From Azolla caroliniana (taxonomy: Eukaryota; Plantae; Polypodiophyta): 64,000 nucleotides of DNA. Shown piece by piece: positions 42,058 to 53,631 of the stretch. How positions within the stretch are numbered: position 1 is the stretch's first letter; every line of letters begins with the position of its first letter. The stretch spans positions 7,552 through 71,551 of the forward strand of contig JBHGNT010000129.1 in NCBI GenBank assembly GCA_043228905.1. Direction: 5' to 3'. The position numbers were made by a program, and so were the translations under genes. The notes below the pieces were generated by a model that had not been told where the DNA came from, made no database searches, and saw only the letters and a program-made list of their open reading frames with translations.

Positions 42058-44172
42058 TGTCGTGATGTGGCATGTCTAGTGCGAGAAAAAGTCAAAAATT
42101 GAGGATCCACACACATTTCACAAATACTTGTAAAAATGAAAATAAATAAACCTAGGTCACAATGGCATTGAGTGCATGTAGAAGGTTGCAAGTAAGATTT
42201 GAACCTTGCACCTCTAAGATAAGAGGCAATTACCGTACCACTAAAGCTACTACTAAGTGTTTTAGATGTTCTATATTTCTTTCTCATATTCAATATTCCA
42301 TAGGAAACAAATGTACAAAACCGTGTACACAAAACCACGGTTTTAAGCCCATGGTTTTCTACATGTCACAAAGCAAAACTGTGTGCACAGAAACCATGGC
42401 TCCAAGCCCATGGTTTTGTGCATGGACAAACCTATATAACCCCTAGTACGGCTTGTGTAAAGGGGGGGGCTCAATATAATATGACCATCATCATCACCAT
42501 CAATAATATAAGCTTCTATTTCTTCTTCTACGCATCTATCTTGTAATTATTTATCTACTTCTGAAAGTGTACAATCTTCAATCTTCTCAAGTGTAATAGG
42601 TCTTCCTCCAATCTTACATTCACATCGTCCTCTTCTCAATACCTTGACGGACATCCTCCTTGGTCCAAGACCCCGGTGGTCCCGCTCAAGCAAAGCACGC
42701 TTGCACGCGCATCTTCACGACATTTTTGGTGAACCCGACGTGAAGAGCGGTAGGGGAGGATGAAGCTAGACGAGGAATATCTAATGAAGGCAATGTCAAA
42801 GATGATGATGGAGTTTTCAAGAGAAGGGAAAACACGACATGCGGCCCAACAAGCCGTCGAAAGCATGATGAAGCGAGTTGGGGTTTTCGATGGAGGCAAA
42901 GTCCAAAAATTTCTAAAGGCCTACAATGCCGAAATGGATTCAAGAGGAGTGGAGGAAGCAATGAGGCTGGAGTACTTTTGTCGAGTGGTGGCCGAACCGA
43001 TCTTCGAAGAGATTAAAGAGATTCAAAAAACTCACGTTTCGTGGGTGTCCTTCAAAGAAGCTTTATGAGAATCATATGGTTACGAAGAGCAAAAGGGACG
43101 AGGTCTGTATGAGTTTCACGAATGGGTGTCATCGAGAAAGACCCACCACAGTGCTATGCATGCATTCGTTGAGTTTGAGTATCGCTTCACTCAACTCTCG
43201 GACCAGGATCGAAGATTGGTGGGGGTGAATAAAGTTCTAATGTTTGTAAAGTCAATCGATCGGAATGAAAGGAAGGCCATTGGAATCCAACTCGAGGATG
43301 ACAATGGTGAAAATGGCCTCACTGAGGATTGGGCCAAAGTGGAAAGGGTATGCCGACAACACAATAAGAGGGAGATGAGATTCTCATCGACAACAACATG
43401 ACCCACAAGGGATATTCAAAGGAGAATGGGATGTGGCAATAAAAACCCACCGAAGGAAGAAAGCTCGAAGAGGGAAGCTTCGACAGAACTCAACATAGAA
43501 GCCTTGATGAGAGAGGCATTCATGAACTTAAAGGCGCAAGTCGAGGTTGAAGAGAAGCTGAAAACAAAACCGAGGAAAATGGTGATCGACGAAGAGGAGA
43601 CCTCCCGACAAATGCAGACTAATGATGCGGCCAATACGAAGGCCCAGGTTCGGTATGACAGTACCATGGGAGAAGGTGTGAAACAAACCACCTTCTCGAC
43701 TTATGGAGGAATGACGGTCGAGAGAAGGGCCGAAGACTCGAGAGCGGGAAATGTTGCTTTAAGAGTGGACGAGCATTTCGGAACACATGCTGTGTCCGAA
43801 ATATCGAGTAATGAAGGTGCAAGCATGAGGGAAGCTTGCTGGATCAAGGGATGTAAAGAGTGCGAGGTCGACGTGATTGAGGCGGTAGCCACGAGGAACG
43901 AAATCGAGTCGCAGATGGCTAAGGAAGAGTCCACGACGAATGACCGTGTCGAGACTTTCCCAACACTTGATCTAGAGACTTGGGCAGTTGCGTCCGAGAG
44001 CCAACATGAGACCCAAGCGACGGAAAGTGGTGGGGAAGAAAATATTGAAGACAATGCGAATAACAACATTGAGCGAAAGATGGCTACGGATGAGAAGACG
44101 GTGATCGATGGTGTCGACGTTCTCCCCACAATTGTTCCTGAGACTTCGGCAGTTGTGCGCGAGTGTCAACGT
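42058..44172 (+). mobile_element. Gypsy element C, 5' part (LTR 42058-42722, PBS-Trp 42727-42744, gag)
   Basis: TGTCGTGA..CACGACA termini. PBS TGGTGAACCCGACGTGAA is complementary to the plant tRNA-Trp 3' end. Confidence 0.8.
42760..44172 (+). pseudogene. Gag with acidic extension (element C), stops at 43066 and 43399, truncated by insertion
   Basis: VGVFDGGKVQKFLKAYNAEM and GLTEDWAKVERVC are homologous to the Gag of elements A and B. Confidence 0.8.
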
Positions 44173-44653
44173 TGTCGTGAAGATTTTCGGCAATAGTGTG
44201 AAAATCCCATAAAACATACGAAATCGAGTATGAATCACATAATACAATAACATTTTTAATATCTAAGTACAAATTGATGGAGGTTTCGAATGCACTTTAT
44301 TACACGAGAAATGGACAACTAAATGTCAAGATATGAGGGTATAAAGTTTGTGAAAAGAAAAGAGAAAATTGTGAGATATCCTACATAGGCACGACAAATA
44401 CGGCTCTCATCATATATAAGGTGGAGCAAAAGATATTATCTTTGTGTCTATGTGTGGAGCATAGAGAGTTCAAGGTAACTTGAACTAAGAGTGGAGGTGG
44501 GCTAGCTACTCGTAAAGGGTTTTGGCCAACCAAAACCGAACCGGCGATGGAGACGGAGAACCGACGGCATCCGGCAACGGCACTGGCATCCGGTGACGGC
44601 AACCGACGGCATCCGGCGAGGCACCGGTAACCGACGGCATCCGGTGACGGCGT
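44173..44653 (+). mobile_element. Gypsy LTR 5' part, interrupted at 44654
   Basis: TGTCGTGAAGATTTTCGGC start. GGCATCCGG short repeats at 44560-44650. Confidence 0.7.
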
Positions 44654-45114
44654 TGTCGTGAAGAAAACCGTCCACAAGCGGAATCGGTGCACAGGAGCGT
44701 AGGAACCGGCTCTTCATACACGTGCGCCTTATGTTGTACATAGAAGATCCTCGGTAGGTAGGAAGTTAATAGGAAACGGCTCCTTCCTTGCCTATAAAAG
44801 GAGGGAGACAAGGAGGGGAGAGGGGATCGAAAAGTAAGGGAGGACGAAGTGCTGTTGGATTGTGGGCCGAAGGCTTCTCTCTCTTCCAAACTCCATAGCT
44901 TCTTTCTGTGCAGGTTTCGGGAGGTTCGCGCTGCTCTGAGGAATGCCCGAGTGCTTCCGGCAGCACCTCCAACCTACTTCTTCCTTTCTGTACGTTTACG
45001 AACAGGCATCGGCATCTGTTCGCCGGCCTGTTCGGTTGTAACCGACTTCGTGCCTGTTGTTTGTCTTGTTTATATATATTTCTACATACATTCGTGTCTC
45101 TCTGTGTCGCTGTC
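44654..45114 (+). mobile_element. Truncated LTR of the element B family
   Basis: High similarity to the reverse complement of 45657-46288. 3' end missing. Confidence 0.85.
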
Positions 45115-45224
45115 GCTCTCTCATCAGCATGGAGGCTGCAAATAAGTATTAAATCGAAAATGTTTTTAGGTCCCTTTCTCCTCATGAATGGATGGATGAA
45201 TTTATGGTTAGCATTAGCTTCTTC

Positions 45225-45536
45225 TTTTTGTTTTCCAAAATAAAGCTACTTTCCCATTAGTTAGGAAGCATTATTAAAAGGAGACTATACAAGGAAGCTT
45301 ATACACAAAATGGGAAATCTCCCTCCGATCAAGATCAAGAAAATGAGACTACTTACATAGTTTTCCAAACCGACTACCTAAAGTAAGTAGATACTTATAC
45401 CTAAAAGCAATGGCCTTTAGTGACGGTCAGAATCAACTGACTCTCGGGGCCTACAAAGAAGGGAGGAAGGCATGAAAGAAGGAAACAACTAGCGTGGGGG
45501 CTGGTAGTTCCACCTCAGTCCACTTTCTCCTAGCGA
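45225..45536 (-). mobile_element. L1 3' end (left part of LINE split by element A)
   Basis: Matches the 35519 copy, which continues into 62885 onward. Confidence 0.75.
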
Positions 45537-46361
45537 TGTCGTGAAGAATTTCGGCCGAAGGCGGAAACCGGGAAATATTGTCTACATCGACGGGGTGCAA
45601 CATGTGCGCTCACCCTTGTACATTTAGTGTGAATAACGAGGGCGCTTTTATGACATTGTCGAGGTATTCCTCGCGGATGCGTGGAATGAGGCGGAACCTC
45701 GGGGGTCCTGTACCAAAGAGCGAGAGAGGAAGGGGAAGAAAGCCTCTACGTGCGAGCGTAGATCCACAGGGACACGGCCCTTCGACGCAAAGACGCAAGT
45801 GGGACAGCGACACAGAAAGACACGAATGTATGTATGTATTAACAAAGACAAACAACAAGAACACGAAGACAACAAAACACGAAGTCGGTTACAACTGAAC
45901 AGGCCGGCGAACAGATGCCGATACCTATTCGTAAACGCACAGAAAGACAGGAACAGGTTGGAGGTGCTGCCGGAAGCACTCGGGCATTCCTCAGAGCAGC
46001 GCGAGCCTCCCGAAACCTGCACAGAAGGAAGCTATGGAGTTTGCGAACCAGAGAGAGAGAGAGAGAAGCCTTCACACGCAAACCGACAGCACTTCGTCCT
46101 TGACTCTCCGCGATCCCCCCCCCCTTCTCGTCTCCCTCCTTTTTATAGGCAAGGAAGGAGCCATTTCCCCTTTACTTCCGACCCACTAAATCTACCCGCC
46201 TAGGATCTTCTATGGACAACATTCGAGAAGAGCCGGTTCGTACGCTCCTGTGCACCGATTCTGCTTGTGGACGGTTTTCTTCACGACATCCGCCCCCACC
46301 TAACCGCGCATCCACCGGCATGCGCCAAATTGAGTCGGGCCGGAGAAAACCGGTCCAGCCT

Positions 46362-49300
46362 TCATTCCCCGCCCGTCGGTTCTTCCTCGGTTTCGGATCG
46401 TTCGTCGTCGCGGTCCAGGCCCACTGGATCCGGCTCGTCGTCGTGACGCTTCTTGAACGCTTTGATCCGCTTTCCAGCTACCGGTATCGCCATTCTCATG
46501 CCGTCGAGCTCCGCCAGATGGTACGTCCCGTTGTCGTTGGCGCTTTGTACCACGTAAGGCCCGAACCACCTTCTTGCGAACTTCCGTGTCGCTCGGTGCT
46601 GGTTGTCAAGGCTGCTGTCGTAGACTAGCACCCAGTCGCCTTCCTCGATCTTCTTCGGCCGGAGCCGGTGCGTTCTGTCGAACCGGGCTTTGTTCCTCAT
46701 CCTTGCTTCCCGAAGCCTTTCCGCAGCCTGCTCCACGTCCTCTGGTCTTCGCTCGAGCTGTCGTATACGCGCCGCCAGTAGTTCCTCCCGGCTCATCTCG
46801 TCTCTCCAATCCACGGTTGCCCACGAGGTGATCGTACGTTCCATCGGCATGACCGGCTTCTGCCCAAACATGAGCTCTGCCGGCATGAATCCGGTTACCG
46901 AACTGTGCGTAGCTCGGTCCGCCCACAACGCGTAAGGCAACAGCCGCGGCCAGTTCCCGACTTGACCTCCGCATGCCCGAACTAACGCCTTGACGATCGG
47001 TCCGTGTCCGCGCTCCACCTTCCCATTCGCCTCCGGATTGTACGCAGTGGTAAGCGAGAGCTTGACTCCTAGCCGGTCGAACAGCTCCTCGGCCTCTTCG
47101 GCGTCCAACTCCCCGTGATCAGCCACGATCTTCCCGACGCACTCGTACCGGAATATCACGTCCTCGATCAGGAACCGACATACGGCCGCGGTCGTTTTGT
47201 TCTGAAGGGCTCGGCCTTCCACCTGGTTCGTCAGATCTTCCCGAGCCAGGACCAGATACCGCATCTGTCCTACTCCCATCGGCATCGTCACCAGGTCTAC
47301 CATCCATTTGAAGTGGATGGTCGGAGGGTATGTAGGGTGAAGCTCGTCCCGATGTCGGACTACGGAGTGCATCTGACAGCTCTCGCAAGTCGTCACGAAC
47401 CGATGTACATCGCGGTACAGTCCCGGCCACCAGTACTTCCCCTTTATCTTCTCGAACGTGGCCCACGTTCCACGGTGTCCGGCCCAAGGGCTGTCGTGGT
47501 AGCCCGTCAGCAGCTCCTCCTGTTCTTCCTTCATCGCCACCACCCGGAGCGGGACGCCGTTCCTCTTCTTCGGGTGCTTCCATAAGTATCCGTCCCGGAG
47601 AAAGAATCGGTAAGCTTTCTTTCGGATCCGGTTGGCCTCGTCCTTCGTCCACGACGCATCCGGCGTCATTGTCCTCAGAAACCTACCGATCTGCAGCCAC
47701 TCGCCGTCGTACTTGCTCTCGTCGAAGCCGTTAAGTGTCGGAGTGCTCGCCCCATCGGTCGTCACGTACGCCGTCTCGAAGAAGTCCACGCTGACTTCTT
47801 CGTCCTCCGAAACCATGCCGCCCTCGTCATCAAACCTCGCCCTCGAAAGCATTTCGGCCATGGCGTTGTCCTTTCCGGAAATGTGTCGTATCTCCGGGTC
47901 CACGGACTTGATGTACGCTATCCACCTGAGCATCGCCAGGTCCGGTGTCGCGCATCCGGAAACCATGCCGAGAATCGGCAGGCAATCCGTTTCGATAATC
48001 ACTTCTGTCCCAATCAGGTAGTCTTTGTCCGCCTTTACCGCCGAAACGATACCCCAGAGTTCGCGTTTAACCTGGGCGTACCCTCGCTGTCGCTCACTGA
48101 GGACCTTAGCGCCGAATCGGATCGGGAACCGGGTGCCGTCCTCGTCTTCTTGGTTGACGACCCATCCGATCCCGGTCGGGCTCGTATCCACCGTTATGTA
48201 TACCGGGGTATCCTTCTCGTAGACAGCCTTCCGGAGCGCCGGTGCTGCCGCAAGAGCTTCCTTGAGCTTCCGGACCGACTCCGTGTGCTCGTCTCGCCAC
48301 TGGAATCTTTGCCCCTTCTTCAGCAACCCGTATAGTGGCTCCGCAACGTGGGCGTAATGCGGGATCCATATGTGGTAGAACGCGCATGCCCCCAGGAACC
48401 TCCGAACTTCCGTAACCGAGCTACAGTCGGTCTTCATCGCGGAGATGGCTTCTACCTTTGCCGGAGACGGCTTCCGGCCATATGGTCCACATAGGTGCCC
48501 GACCACCAGGATTTCTGATTGCCCGAAGGCCGATTTCTCCCCGGAGAAGGTGAGCCTCGCATCCTCTAGCCTTTGTAGCACCTTCTCGCAGTCGTCGATG
48601 TGTGTTGCTACAAATCGTCGCCATCCGTCCGGCCCGAGTGTCTCGTCCTTCTCTTCCACCGGGCACCCCTTGATAGGGATGTCGTCTAGAAACGACATGG
48701 TGATGTTCGGGATGCAATCCCTCAATACTTTGTTCATTGCATTCACCATGTGGGCCACCGAGTTGGTCCCTCCTTGTGGCAGGGTACACATTCGCACTAG
48801 GCCGAGGGGAGTTCGCATCGTCGTAATGTCTCTGCTCTCCACGGCTAGCTGGAACTAGTCGTACCCCGAGTACAGATCACCGACCGAGTAAATCGACCTT
48901 CCGGCGAAGGCCTCCGCGAACTCGTCTATGGTCGGTCCGATTCCTGCGTTCCGGATGGTCACTCTGTTGACCAGCTACAGGTCCTGAATGAAGCGCAATG
49001 TTCCATTTTTCTTTGGTACGGTAAACCATCGGTTCGAGTATGGCGCGCTCGACGGTTCGAGAATACCCATATCGACTTTCTGCCTCAATAGCTCCATCAA
49101 CTTCGGGATGTGAGCTCTCGGTACTGGAATCGGCTTGAGATTCCACGGTACATGCGGTACCGTGAATATCACCATCGGCTCCACGATCGTCGGGTCCACG
49201 CACCCGATCTCTTCCAGTGAGAATGCGAAGGCTTTCCCGTGCCTTCCGAGCATTCTCCGAAACCGGTCTTCCTCCGCCCGCAGTAGGAACCCGCCCCCAC

Positions 49301-49706
49301 CGATTTTGAGCTCCCGGAGCGTTCCGTCGGTGAAGGTGTGTCCTATGCAGGCCGGATCTCGTAAACTGGGGTCCGACGCCACCCCTCTGATTCGGGACTC
49401 GCTGCCCTCCGGCAAGGGTGCCGCGACCGGCCTTACCTTCCGATCCACAGTCTTGTACTTCGTGCTAACTCGGGCCATCCGATCCGACCCGAGCCCCCGA
49501 CTGAAGTTCGCGATGACTTCGTACATCTCTTCGGAACATACCGGTATCGTCCGGTCTTCGTTAAGGTCTTCTCCGGCTACCTTCCTCAGCATCCCCAAGG
49601 TGTCGTCGAAGAAGACCGCCTCCACGGCTCCGCTGATTTTCCTCGTCCGGGCCGAGAACTCCGCACGCTCGAAGTCGCTCTTCCGCCCTTGTCTTTTCTC
49701 GGCCAA
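46362..49706 (-). pseudogene. pol (RT-RNase H-integrase) of element B, TAG stops at 48975 and 48855
   Basis: LPQGGTNS and FLDD (RT), VDTSPTGIG (RNase H), H..GH..C..C plus DDE region and WFGPY (integrase). No chromodomain seen. Confidence 0.92.
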
Positions 49707-49826
49707 CGATGCCGACTATCATACACCCTCCGTTGTCGGAGAAGCAAAATCTCCTACCTATCGTACAATCGTGGGGTCTTTCCCGAGTGTCTGGACTGTC
49801 TCGGCCCCACGCCTTGGCAGCCCTCT

Positions 49827-51899
49827 CTAAAAATCCTCCCGGTTCTAGCCACCGAGGGATTCGCGGTTTCTCTCGTGGTTCGGCCGCACTGTCAGAAACT
49901 GAACCGAATGGCGCCCGTCCTGGCTTTTGACCCTCGCGTAGGCCGAACCGTTGTCTAGCACCTTGGTCTCCATTCGCGCCGCCGTGATGTACGGTTCCCC
50001 TAATATGACCGGGTGCGAGGACGTCTCCTGTACGAAGAAGTGCTGGTCAATCTCGACGTCGCCGATCTTGACTCGCACGTTCGGGTAGGCCCCGTGTAGT
50101 TCCTCGGTGGCGCGCGTCGCCGCCCGTATCTTCCACCCGTGCTTGGTGTTGATCGGCCACTTTCCCTTCTTATAGAAGTCCATGGACATCAGGTTTATTT
50201 CCGAACCGTGGTCCACCAATGCCACCACCGGTTCCTGAACATCTCCGATCTTTACCGGGGTCTCCGTGGTCGCTCGGGCCCAGTGAGGCCACGTCGTCGA
50301 TGTGCGTCGTCCGCACCTCCACCGGTCTTTCCGGTTCCGTCTCCGTCGACAGCCTCTTCCGTTTCACTAGGTCCACAATGGAGTCGTGGAACTCCTTCTT
50401 TGTGATCCCTAGCACCTCTCGCAATGACAACTCCACTTTGCTGTCGAGGATCCGTTCTTCTAGGACCTTTCGTAGGTCCGTAGTCCTTTCTATTTCCGTC
50501 CCCAGTCGGTATCTGCCCTTCCTGGGGTTATCTTGCGCGTCGGACCCACCGGCATTGTTCCGTCGTTGGCCGAATCGGGTCTCGTACCGTTGAGAGGGCC
50601 CGGCCGCTCCGGCTTTCCCCACTCGCTTGTCTTCAACCAGAGCCTCGTAGTTTCGGCAGGCGGTTTCTACAAAGCCCGTCTTCTCCTCGACCGGATCGCT
50701 CCACCCGGTTATTTCCCGGACCAGTCTCTCAGCACGGTCCGTTTCGTCTTTCCTTGGCCGTGCGCCGGCAAGACCTTCCAGCATTGCTGACCAGAATCCG
50801 TCTTTGCCCTCCTTACGGGCCTCGCTGCCCCCGACCCGAATGTCGGCCGACGCCGAGTAGTGGATGGCCTCCACGTGTCGGGCCGCTGCCTCTTCCATCA
50901 GTCTCTTCATACCTCCTCGTCCGTCGTTTCGGTTTAGGGCCCTTCTGGTTTCGCCGGCGTGCACCCGGCCTTCCCACAGGTACACCACCCGGCGAAATCG
51001 CCGCAGTCCTTCCGGATGTGGCCGACCTCGTCGCACCACATGCACCTGTTCCCTACTGCCGGTCGTCGGTCACGAGCCGGTTCGCCGCCTTCCCTTCGAA
51101 TCTGGGCGATCTGGAGATCCTTTATCGCCTGCGTCAACTCCTCCAGCGCTGCTCCTCCGGACGAGCCATTGACCATGCCGGTCGAAGCCGGACCGGTTTC
51201 GAGCCATTCCCGGGTTTCTTCCCTTCGTACTTGCGGCGCCGGTTCAAGCCTCCTTGCTGTAACAGAGCCCGCACCGGCCGCCCCGTTGTCAGCCCATTCT
51301 CGCCGTTTGTCGAAATGGCCACAAACTCTCTTAACCGCAGCCCAGTCGGTTGTCAACCCGTCTTCGGTTTCCAGCAAGGAGCCGACTTGATCCCGGTCCC
51401 GCTCGTCCACCGACTTGAAGAACAGTAGGACCCAGCTCGTATCCAGGATAGTTCGATCAAGCGCCGAAAGGCGTGCAAAGCGTTCTTCGAACTCCCGGAG
51501 GAGTGCCGACGCGTTTCTTCCTTTGCCGGGGGACTCCACCCATTCCATGAAGTCCCGTTTCGAAAGCCGGAGCGCGTCATCCAGCCCATATTTCTCTAGG
51601 AGTCGAACTTCGAACTCCTCCCAGGTACGGCTCTCCGCCCGTACCTCGAGCACCTCCGCATGGATGCTCGGCATCACCACTCGAGGGAACCCGGCAAGAC
51701 GCCTCTCTTCCGGAATGTCCCGCATCAGCATTTCCGCCCCGTAGGACGCCAAATACTTCGTAGCATCCTTTCCACTTAAACGGCCGATCGTACCGACCAC
51801 CGCCTCAATGGCTCTGTCGAGGGCGCCGGTGCCCTCGCGTGTGCTCAATATCCGATCCACGGCCGAAGCCATGGCCTCCGCAAGATCCGACCCCCTCAT
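49827..51899 (-). pseudogene. gag-protease of element B (frameshifted)
   Basis: Capsid region, CMWCDEVGHIRKDC knuckle, protease VALVDHGSEINLM. Confidence 0.85.
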
Positions 51900-53014
51900 C
51901 TTCTGCTCTTCTGCCGCCTCTTTCACGTCGGGTTCACCAAAGATGTCGAGGTATTCCTCGCGGATGCGTGGAATGAGGCGGAACCTCGGGGGTCCTGTAC
52001 CAAAGAGCGAGAGAGGAAGGGGAAGAAAGCCTCTACGTGCGAGCGTAGATCCACAGGGACACGGCCCTTCGACGCAAAGACACAAGTGGGACAGCGACAC
52101 AGAAAGACACGAATGTATGTATGTATTAACAAAGACAAACAACAAGAACATGAAGACAACAAAACACGAAGTCGGTTACAACCGAACAGGCCGGCGAACA
52201 GATGCCGATACCTATTCGTAAACGCACAGAAAGACAGGAACAGGTTGGAGGTGCTGCCGGAAGCACTCGGGCATTCCTCAAAGCAGCGCGAGCCTCCCGA
52301 AACCTGCACAGAAGGAAGCTATGGAGTTTGCGAACCAGAGAGAGAGAGAGAAGCCTTCACACGCAAACCGACAGCACTTCATACTCGACTCTCCGCGATC
52401 CCCCCCCCCTTCTCGTCTCCCTCCTTTTTATAGGCAAGGAAGGAGCCGTTTCCCCTTTACTTCCTACCCACTAAATCTACCCACCTAGGATCTTCTATGG
52501 ACAACATTCGAGAAGAGCCGGTTCCTACGCTCCTGTGCACCGATTCTGCTTGTGGACGGTTTTCTTCACGACAACGCCAAAGAGTAATCAAGTCGGGACA
52601 AGAATCCCATGTAATAAGGGATTTATCCCACGATGCTACAGATCCCTCTCCTTGTTCTATAAAAGGGAGGGAGCGCCCTTGGTGAAGGGGTTGCCCATTT
52701 TTGCATTCGTAGGGTATATCGTTGGATTAAGAGACGTCATCTCTTTCTCTTTCTCTTCCTCTTGTTTAGGGTTTCGTTTCTTCTTCTTTCCTCTACTTCT
52801 TCCTGTTCGTCGTTCTGTGTATCGAGCCAGGGACATCTAGTGTTTTTGTTTTCTGCCCCGTCCTCTGTGCAAGACCCCGCTTGGCGCGACAAGGCCGAGA
52901 GCTCCCTGACCAGCGGCTTGGCAATAGACGATTGTTGCAACCTAAGCTACTTAGGTCGGGCTTGTTGGGATTACGGTCCCTCTGGATGGGATGGTCAGAT
53001 GTCCGGGAATCGGG

Positions 53015-53120
53015 AATGAAGACCCGGATGATGAAGACCCGGTTTCGGATCCGGATGATGAAGACCCGTTTTTACGGATCCGGATGATGAAGACCCCGGC
53101 TACGGAGCCGGATGACGAAT
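53015..53120 (+). repeat. ~28-bp tandem repeats CCGGATGATGAAGACCC in copia U3 (also 57774-57879)
   Basis: 3-4 copies in both LTRs. Confidence 0.85.
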
Positions 53121-53631
53121 GTACCGGAGAGAGATCCGGATGCGGGGACATATTTGTGAATATGTTTGCCAAGAGCCCTCTAGGCTATATTTGTAAATAG
53201 CCCGAAAGTCATATATGTATAAATATGACTTAGGGCAAACAGTTTTGGTTGTTGTTGCTCATTTTTCTGTTTTCCACTTAGAGGGAGCGAAGTGAGAGCA
53301 GCCGAGAGAGAGAGTGAGAGAGAGAGAAAGGAAGAGGTCGACGCCTCTGTGTAATACCGCCGCCTGTGGCGAGGAAAGCGAGCTCAAGGTCGTCGCCTTG
53401 CAGCTCGCCATTGTACATTCCCTGCGTATAGTGATAGTTGGAGTCTTGCACTCCCGTGGTTTTTTTTCCGTCTAGGGTTTTCCACGCTAAACCCTGTGCA
53501 TTCGAGTCTCTCTCTGTGTTTTCGATTTACTGTTGCATTGATCCGTGTTTCCTCGGTTGTGGCCGAGAGGTGAAGGTTTTGAAAGCGTCAATTCCTATCA
53601 ATCTGGTATCAGAGCGACTGCAGTGCAGAAA

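Larger units (their letters stand above)
45657..52573 (-). mobile_element. Gypsy element B: full-length non-chromoviral (Phygy-like) retrotransposon, mildly decayed
   Basis: LTRs 51944-52573 and 45657-46288. PBS-Trp 51922-51939. PPT 46289-46300. 4-bp TSD ACAT/ACGC. Confidence 0.95.

Noticed and set aside
42183-42253. Functional tRNA gene
   Set aside because: Only degenerate A/B boxes; no convincing cloverleaf.
45533-45537. 3-bp TSD plus an extra terminal A for the gypsy group
   Set aside because: It fits two junctions (25655, 45536) but not the other five, which have T before TGTCG.
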